Assembly: GCA_049322655.1 (NCBI GenBank)
Contig: JBMORP010000006.1
Span: 79,863-126,409 of the forward strand
From: Patescibacteria group bacterium
Lineage (GTDB): Bacteria; Patescibacteriota; Microgenomatia; UBA1400; PJMF01
Length of the DNA: 46,547 nucleotides
Direction of reading: 5' to 3'
The notes below the pieces were generated by a model. It was not told the DNA's origin. It ran no database searches and saw only the letters and a program-made list of their open reading frames with translations. The translations under genes were made by a program, and so were the position numbers. The first letter of the stretch is position 1, and every line of letters begins with the position of its first letter. This document shows positions 8,184 through 15,587 of the stretch, piece by piece.

Positions 8184-9316
8184 TGCAGTATTTACTCCAG
8201 CTTGGTAATACCCCTACTCTTTCAGTTGCTGAAGCCAAACAAGTGATTGGTGATAGTGTAGAACAACTTGATCAACATTTGGCTAAATTTGTATGTGATA
8301 CTGACGAAGAAGCAATTAAGTTATTTGAAAAACTTGGTGCCTCGATTCGGTTAATTAAACTCACTCAAGAAACTCAGCCTTTAGCTGATAAAACAATTGA
8401 AGAATTTTTGGCAGCATATCTAATCAGGTTAAATCAAGCTAAATTTAAGTTAGCTTGCGCGCAACTAGGTGATGAACAAACCGAGAGATTGGATTTTTAT
8501 CAGCTTAAACAACTACTTGAAGCTCAAAACATTAAAGTTCGCTTTGTTGAGGGTTCTCGTTTTGGCTTATCTGCTGCCGTTCTACTCCACCAAAAAATCG
8601 AAGAATTTGTTATTTATCAATTAGAAGATCAAGTGGCTATCGGTGAAACTATTGCGATTCAAAATATTGATCATTGGACAGACAAAGATAGAGCTAAACC
8701 TTATGCAGATCGTAAAAAAGGAATGTTGCCTCCCAAACTTGCCAGGGCGATGGTTAACTTAGCTATTGGGAACAAAACCAGTGGTTTAGTTTATGACCCT
8801 TTTTGTGGCACTGGAACTGTTTTAATAGAGGCTTTAGAGCTTGGTTTAGATGTGGTGGGAAGTGACTTAGATCAGCAAGCAGTGATTGGGGCTACAACCA
8901 ATTTAGCTTGGTTTAAGGATAAAGAACAACTAGCTGGCTCATTTGCGGTTTTTCATGCTGACGTGAGTCAAGTGAAACAGGATAGATTTAAGCAAAAAGT
9001 TGATTATTTAGTTACAGAACCATTTTTGGGTAAACCAAAACCAAAAATCGAACAGTTACCAGATATTTTTAAAGGTTTAGAAAAACTTTATCTAGGTGCA
9101 TTCAAACAGTGGAAGCAATTGCTTAATAATGGTAGTAAGTTAGTAGTGATTTTTCCCAGAGTTGAAACTGGTAAAAATGTTTTTGATCTCTCTGGTTTAA
9201 TTGACAAATTGTCTGGTCAAGGCTATACTCTTCTGGTTAATTTTGGTGAGCTAAGATATCACCGAAAAGACGCCGTGGTACAAAGAGATATTTTAATTTT
9301 TGAGTATCATCATTAG
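8183..9316 (+). CDS. Trm11/UPF0020-like class I SAM-dependent RNA amino-methyltransferase
   Basis: GMLPPKLARAMVNL, VYDPFCGTGTVLIEA, GSDLD, motif IV-like VTEPFLG. Start overlaps the rplU stop (TAATG). Confidence 0.8.
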   Translation: MQYLLQLGNTPTLSVAEAKQVIGDSVEQLDQHLAKFVCDTDEEAIKLFEKLGASIRLIKLTQETQPLADKTIEEFLAAYLIRLNQAKFKLACAQLGDEQTERLDFYQLKQLLEAQNIKVRFVEGSRFGLSAAVLLHQKIEEFVIYQLEDQVAIGETIAIQNIDHWTDKDRAKPYADRKKGMLPPKLARAMVNLAIGNKTSGLVYDPFCGTGTVLIEALELGLDVVGSDLDQQAVIGATTNLAWFKDKEQLAGSFAVFHADVSQVKQDRFKQKVDYLVTEPFLGKPKPKIEQLPDIFKGLEKLYLGAFKQWKQLLNNGSKLVVIFPRVETGKNVFDLSGLIDKLSGQGYTLLVNFGELRYHRKDAVVQRDILIFEYHH

Positions 9317-9340
9317 AATTTACATAAGGAGAAATTAATT

Positions 9341-9598
9341 ATGGCACACGTTAAAGGTTCAGGTAGTGTAACTCAACACAAACAAGGTAAAAGACATGGT
9401 AGAAGATTTGGTTTGAAGAAATCAGGTGGTCAAGCAGTCAAAGTTGGACAGATTATTGTTCGACAAAAGGGTGCTAAATATAAGTCTGGTAAAGGGACAA
9501 AAATGGGTAAGGATTACACCATTTTTTCCATGATTGATGGTGTGGTTGATTTTGGTAAAAGACTAGGCAAAACTGTAGTTAGAGTTGCTACTAAATAA
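9341..9598 (+). CDS. rpmA: 50S ribosomal protein L27 (no N-terminal Prp-cleaved extension)
   Basis: MAHVKGSGS, GLKKSGGQAVKVGQIIVRQKG, GKDYTIFSMIDGVVDF. SD AAGGAG upstream. Confidence 0.95.
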   Translation: MAHVKGSGSVTQHKQGKRHGRRFGLKKSGGQAVKVGQIIVRQKGAKYKSGKGTKMGKDYTIFSMIDGVVDFGKRLGKTVVRVATK

Positions 9599-9619
9599 AC
9601 ATCTATTTAATTGAAAGTG

Positions 9620-9649
9620 AAAAGCCGGACATTGCTGCCCGGCTTTTTT
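9620..9649. terminator. Bidirectional intrinsic terminator
   Basis: AAAAGCCGG-(10 nt)-CCGGCTTTTTT between convergent rpmA and the small minus-strand ORF. Confidence 0.85.
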
Positions 9650-9661
9650 AGTGCTCACTTG

Positions 9662-9793
9662 TCAGTGGTCTTCATCGTCTTCACAGGTACATTCTGCGAG
9701 TGTTTCGAAACATGTAGAACAGAGGAGAAATCCACATTTTGCACATGAATATCCTCCATTCTCTTGCCTCGGCACATGGACACAATCAGTCAA
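9662..9793 (-). CDS. 43-aa Cys-rich microprotein, putative zinc finger (not in the ORF track)
   Basis: TTG start, MTDCVHVPRQENGGYSCAKCGFLLCSTCFETLAECTCEDDEDH*. SD AAGGAGGTGA at 9808-9799, promoter upstream, terminator downstream. Confidence 0.75.
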   Translation of the reverse strand: MTDCVHVPRQENGGYSCAKCGFLLCSTCFETLAECTCEDDEDH

Positions 9794-9890
9794 GAAACTC
9801 ACCTCCTTCTTTTTACAGATTTTGAGAGCGTTTCCTTAACAATCTCCATAACTACCAATTGCAGAGACTTAAATTATTAAGGAAGAAGTT

Positions 9891-9919
9891 ATTATATCTT
9901 AAAAATCTCATATAATCAA
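9891..9919 (-). promoter_or_regulatory. sigma70 promoter for the microprotein gene
   Basis: TTGATT (9919-9914), 17-nt spacer, TATAAT (9896-9891). Confidence 0.7.
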
Positions 9920-11134
9920 TATTATGGGACTTTTTTTTCTTTTACTTAGTTTATAAATTCCAGCACTGAGGAGAATACTAGCGAGAATAAAAACGCCAAC
10001 ATAAGCATTAAACTCACCTATTTTATTATTTTCGGCAAACCTACCAGCCACCACTGCCAATAAAACATAAGGGATTTTACTGATCAAAGCCAAGGCAGAT
10101 AAAGTGGTTGCCCTATACTTTGACTCAATCTCTTTGTTTACGACCACAGAAATCCACGGATAAACTAGATAACCACTTAGTTCAATCATTAAGATACTAA
10201 CCAAACCCAACCAGCCAGCAAAATAGTAACTAGATAGATAGCCTAAGCCCAAAAGAACAGTAAGCAAATACAAACCTTTTTTATCAGAAATTTTTTTCCT
10301 TAACCAAGGAACTGCAAGTACAATGGTGGCGCCAATCATATAAAGAATAGTAAAGATTTGTGATTGTTCAAAAGGTGAAAAACCAAAAGTTTGCAGCATG
10401 GTTAATTTGAGAAAACCAAAATCATAGAGGTAGTAACCCCCTACTAAAGAAAAAATTACAACACTGTAAGCTAAAAGGCTTTTTTTAAATAAAGCCAAAG
10501 TACCAGTTTTTAGTTGTTGCCAATAATTAAGCCAAGAAAACTTGTCACTATCAATCTTTGGTTCTATTAGACGTAGAGCCATCAGGAAAGAAACGGCATA
10601 AGTTAATCCCCAAGCAACAGTTGGTAGTCTGAAGTGCCATTCATAAAGGTAGCCGCCGACAAAGACAGCGATAATCGTGATCCAACTAGCCAAAGAGCTT
10701 CCATGGCTAACTACTTTTTCGTATTCATCTGCTCGGTTTTTTTCTAGTAAAGTGTCATAAACCAGGGCTTCAACCGCTCCAGAATTTAGTGCCCAGCCAA
10801 TTAAGAGAAAAAGTTGTGCAAAAAAGAAAGTTGAGACATGACTAGCCTGTGACATTAACATAATACTGATAAAGGCAGTTCCAGTTCCCAGAACAATTGT
10901 TTTCTTTTTACCAAATAAATCAGAGATAGCTCCTGATGGTATTTCCATTAATAAACCGGCTCCAAAAGTTAAAGCATCGATGATGGCTAGTTGGTTGTAA
11001 TCCATGAATTTTAGCCAAAAAAAGAGCCAATTAGCAGATAGAAACCAAAAATTAGTAAAAACAACTAATAAGTAATAAAACTTAATATTATTTAAGTCAC
11101 TAGCTGGTAATAGATTTTTTAGTTTTTGGATCAT
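9908..11134 (-). CDS. MFS transporter
   Basis: About 12 hydrophobic segments, EIPSGAISDLFGKK (MFS motif A region), LNSGAVEALVYD, ESKYRAT. Likely start is ATG 11134 (ORF track extends to 11191). Confidence 0.85.
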   Translation of the reverse strand: MIQKLKNLLPASDLNNIKFYYLLVVFTNFWFLSANWLFFWLKFMDYNQLAIIDALTFGAGLLMEIPSGAISDLFGKKKTIVLGTGTAFISIMLMSQASHVSTFFFAQLFLLIGWALNSGAVEALVYDTLLEKNRADEYEKVVSHGSSLASWITIIAVFVGGYLYEWHFRLPTVAWGLTYAVSFLMALRLIEPKIDSDKFSWLNYWQQLKTGTLALFKKSLLAYSVVIFSLVGGYYLYDFGFLKLTMLQTFGFSPFEQSQIFTILYMIGATIVLAVPWLRKKISDKKGLYLLTVLLGLGYLSSYYFAGWLGLVSILMIELSGYLVYPWISVVVNKEIESKYRATTLSALALISKIPYVLLAVVAGRFAENNKIGEFNAYVGVFILASILLSAGIYKLSKRKKSPIILII

Positions 11135-11228
11135 CAAAATATAGTGGTTATTATATTGGTTTTTAAGAGGAATTGTCCGTGAAAAAAACACTGTGAAAAA
11201 TATAACAATCTATGTTACATTGGAGACT

Positions 11229-12050
11229 ATGAGTAAAATTTCCACTTTAGAAATCAATCAGCTACAAACTAATCCTTTTCAACCTAGAGAAAAAGTTAAA
11301 AAAGGAGAACTAGACGAGTTGGTTCAATCAATCAAAACCTATGGGGTACTTGAACCATTGGTTGTGGCTGAAACTCCAGCTGGTTACCAGATTATTGCTG
11401 GAGAAAGGCGTTGGCAAGCGGCCAAAGCTGCTGGTTTGACTGAAGTGCCAGTTCATATCAAAAAAACCACACCTCAAGGGATGCTGGAGATGGCTTTGGT
11501 AGAAAATGTCCAAAGAATTAACCTCAACCCGATTGAACGAGCTCAAGCTTTTGTTAGATTGACCAGAGAATTTACTTTAACCTTAAGTCAATTGGCTGAA
11601 AGAATTGGCAAGTCTCCGGCTTATATCAGCAATACAGTTAAGCTTTTAGAACTTCCTGACGCTATTACAGATGGCTTAATTAAAAGAGTTATTACTGAAG
11701 GTCATGCCAGGGCTTTGGCTAGTATTGAAAACGAAGAAGCCATGGTTGAGTGTTACAAGATTATTTTAAAAGAAAAAGCTTCAGTCAGAAGAACTGAAGA
11801 TTTGGCTAGAAGATTTAAAGAAGAGCTACAGAAAAAAGGAGCAACAGCACAAAATAGAACTCAACAAATTAGAGAAATCGATCAACAAGTTAAAACTTGG
11901 GAAAAAGAGCTCAACTCTGTTTTCCACGCTCCCGCCAAATTGAAACTTTCTAGATCAAAAAATCAAACTAGGGTCACAATTACTCTCAAAGGTTCTCCAG
12001 AAAAAACTCAAACAGATTTGGAAAAAATTATGGAGTTGGCGAAGTTATAG
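11229..12050 (+). CDS. parB: ParB/Spo0J chromosome partitioning protein
   Basis: NPFQPRE, LVQSIKTYGVLEPLVV, IIAGERRWQA, ALVENVQRINLNPIE, HTH region, GHARAL. Likely start is ATG 11229. The 3' end overlaps ftsI by 23 nt. No parA in the window. Confidence 0.92.
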   Translation: MSKISTLEINQLQTNPFQPREKVKKGELDELVQSIKTYGVLEPLVVAETPAGYQIIAGERRWQAAKAAGLTEVPVHIKKTTPQGMLEMALVENVQRINLNPIERAQAFVRLTREFTLTLSQLAERIGKSPAYISNTVKLLELPDAITDGLIKRVITEGHARALASIENEEAMVECYKIILKEKASVRRTEDLARRFKEELQKKGATAQNRTQQIREIDQQVKTWEKELNSVFHAPAKLKLSRSKNQTRVTITLKGSPEKTQTDLEKIMELAKL

Positions 12051-13794
12051 AGTCTGGTGGAATATTCAATAAAAGAAAGAGTTTTTCAGCCACCTTGTAC
12101 CACAAAGGAGCAGCTGTCTCTGCTGCCCAGGGGCTAGATTGAGGCTCATTGAGTTTTACTAACATGACGAACCTAGGGTTTTCGGCTGGGGCAAAACCAA
12201 TGAAACTAGCAATAGTGGCATCTTCTTTATATCCTCCTTTGACTGGGATTTGGGAAGTGCCTGTCTTTCCGGCCACGGTGTGAGTATCTTTGAAGATCCA
12301 TTGAGCTTCTCCATGTTGGGCTGAGTTAATCATCATTTCTGTGACCACTTGAGCTGTTTTGGTGCCAATGACTCTTCTCTCTTCGATTGGTTCTACAGTT
12401 AGAGTTTTACCAGTTTGGTGATCAATGACGCTTTTAATGATTTTGGGTCTCATCATGACACCTTGATTGGCTATTACAGAGACAGCCCTGACCATTTGTA
12501 AGCTGTTAGTACTAATGCCTTGGCCAAAAGAAGTGGTAGCTAGTTCTACAGGGCCCCATTTATCTGGAAAAGGGGTGTTGCTATCATCTTGAAGATCAAT
12601 TTTTATTTCTTCACCAATCCCAAATTTTTTTAAATATTCTACAAATTTATCTTTACCTAAAGCTTCAGCTACAAAAATCATGGCAGTGTTATCTGATTTA
12701 GCTAAGGCATCCCTAATGGTAATGTTAGGATGGTATTCATTATTCCAAGTACGAATCGTGTATTTTCCAATTTGTCTTGGTCCCTCACAGTTGGGACACT
12801 CAGTGTCTGGTTCTATCACACCAGCATCAATTCCAGCTGCCACCGTGAGTATTTTAAAAGTAGAACCTGGTTCATATAAATTGGCTAAACTGGGATTTTT
12901 ATAGAGTTCTGGAGCAAAAGTATAGTATTTAGTTTGATCATACTTAGGCCAAGCAGCTAGCCCGAGAAGATCTCCTGATCTTGGGTCAAGCACTATAATT
13001 TCTCCGGCAAAAGCACCATATTTCTGAATTCCTTTTTCTAGTTCTGTCTCTAGCAAAAACTGAACATCACGTCTGATAGTTAAAATAAAGTCTCTGCCAT
13101 CTAAGTTTTTATTTTCTAAAGTGTTTTCTCCACCTAATAAGTTGCCCAAGGCATCAGTAAAAAAATCTTTTTTTTGAAATTTTCCAGCAAGTTCTTTATC
13201 TAGAGCTCCCTCTAGGCCAAAATAGCCAATGTCTTGGCCTTGTTCATCTTTACCAACAAAGCCAGTGAGGTGAGCGGCCATAGAAGCCTCTGGATAATAA
13301 CGAACGTCATAAGGCTCAAAGTATAAGGCTGGTTCTTGAATAGTTTCGATCTTTTCTTTGAGGTTTCGATCAATTTTTGAACCTAGTCTGATCCAGGTGC
13401 TATTAAGAGCCAACCTGTTTTTTAGATAAGCTTCATTTTCTTGTTCTAAATCGCTGAGCTTAATTTGACTGGAGTCAGTTGCTTCGTTTAAGTCTTTGAT
13501 TGCTAGGATTGGTGCCAATTGGCGACTGATTTCTATTGGAGAACTTTTTAGTAAAGATTTATCGATCATCAAATGGTAAAGCTCTTTATTACCAACTAGC
13601 AGTTGTTGATCACTGCTAAATATTTGCCCTCTTTTACCCAGTTCTATTTTTTGTTGAGTGGCTTGGTTTTCAGCAATTTTTTTTAAGGAGTAGCCTTGGA
13701 CTATTTGCCAGTAAAAAAGTCGGAAATAAACGCCTATAAAGGCTAGTAAAAAGATAAGCAGTAGTAGTTTGGGTCTTAATGAAGAAGAGTTCAT
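12028..13794 (-). CDS. ftsI: Class B penicillin-binding protein (FtsI/PBP2-like)
   Basis: N-terminal TM, RGQIFSSD, RYYPEASMAAHLTGFV, EPGSTFK (SxxK), KSDN (SxN), GKTGT. Fourth gene of mraZ-rsmH-ftsL. Confidence 0.9.
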   Translation of the reverse strand: MNSSSLRPKLLLLIFLLAFIGVYFRLFYWQIVQGYSLKKIAENQATQQKIELGKRGQIFSSDQQLLVGNKELYHLMIDKSLLKSSPIEISRQLAPILAIKDLNEATDSSQIKLSDLEQENEAYLKNRLALNSTWIRLGSKIDRNLKEKIETIQEPALYFEPYDVRYYPEASMAAHLTGFVGKDEQGQDIGYFGLEGALDKELAGKFQKKDFFTDALGNLLGGENTLENKNLDGRDFILTIRRDVQFLLETELEKGIQKYGAFAGEIIVLDPRSGDLLGLAAWPKYDQTKYYTFAPELYKNPSLANLYEPGSTFKILTVAAGIDAGVIEPDTECPNCEGPRQIGKYTIRTWNNEYHPNITIRDALAKSDNTAMIFVAEALGKDKFVEYLKKFGIGEEIKIDLQDDSNTPFPDKWGPVELATTSFGQGISTNSLQMVRAVSVIANQGVMMRPKIIKSVIDHQTGKTLTVEPIEERRVIGTKTAQVVTEMMINSAQHGEAQWIFKDTHTVAGKTGTSQIPVKGGYKEDATIASFIGFAPAENPRFVMLVKLNEPQSSPWAAETAAPLWYKVAEKLFLLLNIPPDSITSPTP

Positions 13795-13820
13795 AACAGC
13801 TCTTCCCTCCCCTCAAGAGT

Positions 13821-14102
13821 TTAGCGTGAAGCCAAACTATTAGATTCTAGGAGGGTGATTGGTTTACCAATAGGATGATATGAATCATCCTCCCTGATTG
13901 CAAGAGCAGTTAGTGAGTAAGTTTGATATTTTTCTTCCTGAAGTAAAGAAAGTTGTTTTTCTTTACTTGCAACTGTTTGTTCCAATTTAGAGATTTTTTC
14001 ACCATGACCAATGGTGCTGCCCAGTTGATAGACAGTGGTGATTGCTTGAGCTGAAATGATTAAAGCTAACATGACATAATAAACTTTAACACTTAATTTC
14101 AT
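13821..14102 (-). CDS. FtsL-like small bitopic coiled-coil protein
   Basis: TM segment followed by a heptad stretch (ISKLEQTVASKEKQLSLLQEE), in the FtsL position between rsmH and ftsI. Confidence 0.65.
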   Translation of the reverse strand: MKLSVKVYYVMLALIISAQAITTVYQLGSTIGHGEKISKLEQTVASKEKQLSLLQEEKYQTYSLTALAIREDDSYHPIGKPITLLESNSLASR

Positions 14103-15002
14103 TTAATTAGTCCTTTCAAAAACTCTTAATTTGGCACTTCTACTTCGGGGATTACGAATAATTTCTTGGTCACTCGGTTTGATGGCTTTGCTGGTAATTT
14201 TTTTACCTCGATTGGTTGTTTCCCAGTCACTAAAGGTTTGTTTGGCCAGTCGATCTTCTCCTTCATGAAAGGCAATTGTGACGATTCTGCCTTGAGGTTT
14301 AAGATTAGCTAAGGCTTGAGGAAGAGCTTGTTCGATATTGGTTAGCTCATCATTAACCACGATTCTTAAAGCTTGAAAAACTTTGGTGGCAGGGTTCAAT
14401 TTACCTCTTTGGTGACCATAAGTTTTATTAATAGCAGCAACCAGGGCGCCTACTGTTTCTAGTGAGGTTGGGCTATCTGCTTTAATTCTTTCAATATTTT
14501 TGGCAATGCTTTTAGCCTTTTGTTCACCGCCATATTCCTTGAAAATTTGGGTTAGTTGTTTAGTAGTTAAAACTTTTAATAGATCAGAGGCTTTGACTCC
14601 CAGTCGGTTGTCCATTCTCATATCTAGTAAAGCGTTAGGATCTTCAAAACTAAAGCCTCTGTCAGTGGACATTAGCTGGTCAGTACTGGTGCCGAAATCA
14701 AACAAAATACCAGCGATTTGGCCAGTTTTGGCTTGTTTTTTTAAGATAGTATCAAGTTGACCAAAGTTTTCTCTGATTAAAATTAACTTACCAGCAGTAA
14801 TTTCTTGTGCAAATTTCTCTTGGCCTCTAATAATACTTTCTTGGTCAAAGTCTAAGCCAATGACGTTGCCACCTTTGGTTAAAATAGCTTGAGTATGACC
14901 GCCTCGACCAAAAGTACAATCTAAATACCACTCTCCAGGTTTAATTTGGAGGTAGTCGACTGCTTCTTGGAGCATGACAGTGATATGAGCGGTCTTGGTC
15001 AT
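14103..15002 (-). CDS. rsmH: 16S rRNA m4C1402 methyltransferase RsmH (MraW)
   Basis: HITVMLQE, DCTFGRGGH, RGFSF, LDMRMD, PATKVFQALRIVVNDEL, FHEGEDR, NPRSRSAKLR. Confidence 0.97.
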   Translation of the reverse strand: MTKTAHITVMLQEAVDYLQIKPGEWYLDCTFGRGGHTQAILTKGGNVIGLDFDQESIIRGQEKFAQEITAGKLILIRENFGQLDTILKKQAKTGQIAGILFDFGTSTDQLMSTDRGFSFEDPNALLDMRMDNRLGVKASDLLKVLTTKQLTQIFKEYGGEQKAKSIAKNIERIKADSPTSLETVGALVAAINKTYGHQRGKLNPATKVFQALRIVVNDELTNIEQALPQALANLKPQGRIVTIAFHEGEDRLAKQTFSDWETTNRGKKITSKAIKPSDQEIIRNPRSRSAKLRVFERTN

Positions 15003-15418
15003 GATACTTTCTCGGCTATTTCTTCAGCATTAGTTTCTAATTGATCGACATATTGGTGATAGAGATCTCGATCCCAAACTTCGAGGTAATCTAAACTACC
15101 CACGATCACTAAGTCTTTATTGAGGTGGGCAAATTTAATCAAGTAATCGGGCAGATTTACTCGGCCGTTGTTGTCCACCTCAATAGCTTGGGCTTCATTG
15201 GTCATTAAACGAACAAAATCACGGTGAGCTTTTTTGGTAAAAACATGATTTTCAGCAATCTTAGTAAGTTTTTCTTGAAAACTATCAGCCGTAAAAATAA
15301 ATAAACCTCCATCTAGACCCCTAGTCACAATCCAGTTTTCACTGATACTTCTAAAAGTTTTTGGCAAAGAAACTCTGCCTTGTTCTTCTAGTGTGTGGTA
15401 GTAAGTGCCGATAAACAT
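14999..15418 (-). CDS. mraZ: Transcriptional regulator MraZ
   Basis: MFIGTYYHTLEEQGRVSLP, TRGLDGGLFIF, DNNGRVNLP, VIVGSLDYLEVW. First gene of the dcw-type operon. Confidence 0.95.
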   Translation of the reverse strand: MFIGTYYHTLEEQGRVSLPKTFRSISENWIVTRGLDGGLFIFTADSFQEKLTKIAENHVFTKKAHRDFVRLMTNEAQAIEVDNNGRVNLPDYLIKFAHLNKDLVIVGSLDYLEVWDRDLYHQYVDQLETNAEEIAEKVS

Positions 15419-15427
15419 TTATAAGTC

Positions 15428-15445
15428 TTTTTACCAATTTTTACC
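15428..15445 (-). repeat. GGTAAAAA direct repeat, two copies at 10-bp periodicity, just upstream of mraZ (candidate operator)
   Basis: Plus-strand TTTTTACC at 15428-15435 and 15438-15445. Confidence 0.5.
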
Positions 15446-15542
15446 TAACATTAATATTGCCAGAATTTACTTGATGTGTAAAGGGGTAAAATAAGAAAAA
15501 AAACAAGTTTTAATTCACATATTATGGGTTTTATAATCTCAA

Positions 15543-15572
15543 TTGAGAAGTTAATTAAAAAAAAGCTATACT
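15543..15572 (+). promoter_or_regulatory. Putative sigma70 promoter for the 725-aa gene
   Basis: TTGAGA (15543-15548), 18-nt spacer, TATACT (15567-15572). Confidence 0.5.
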
Positions 15573-15587
15573 TAAGGGAAATTAGTT

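Noticed and set aside
9701-9712. Palindrome TGTTTCGAAACA resembling parS near parB
   Set aside because: It lacks the central 4 bp of the 16-bp parS (TGTTTCACGTGAAACA), so half-site spacing is wrong. It is also explained by Cys-Phe-Glu-Thr codons of the microprotein.
9651-9839. 62-aa plus-strand ORF in the track
   Set aside because: It lies just downstream of a terminator with no SD or promoter. The opposite strand has a fully supported gene.
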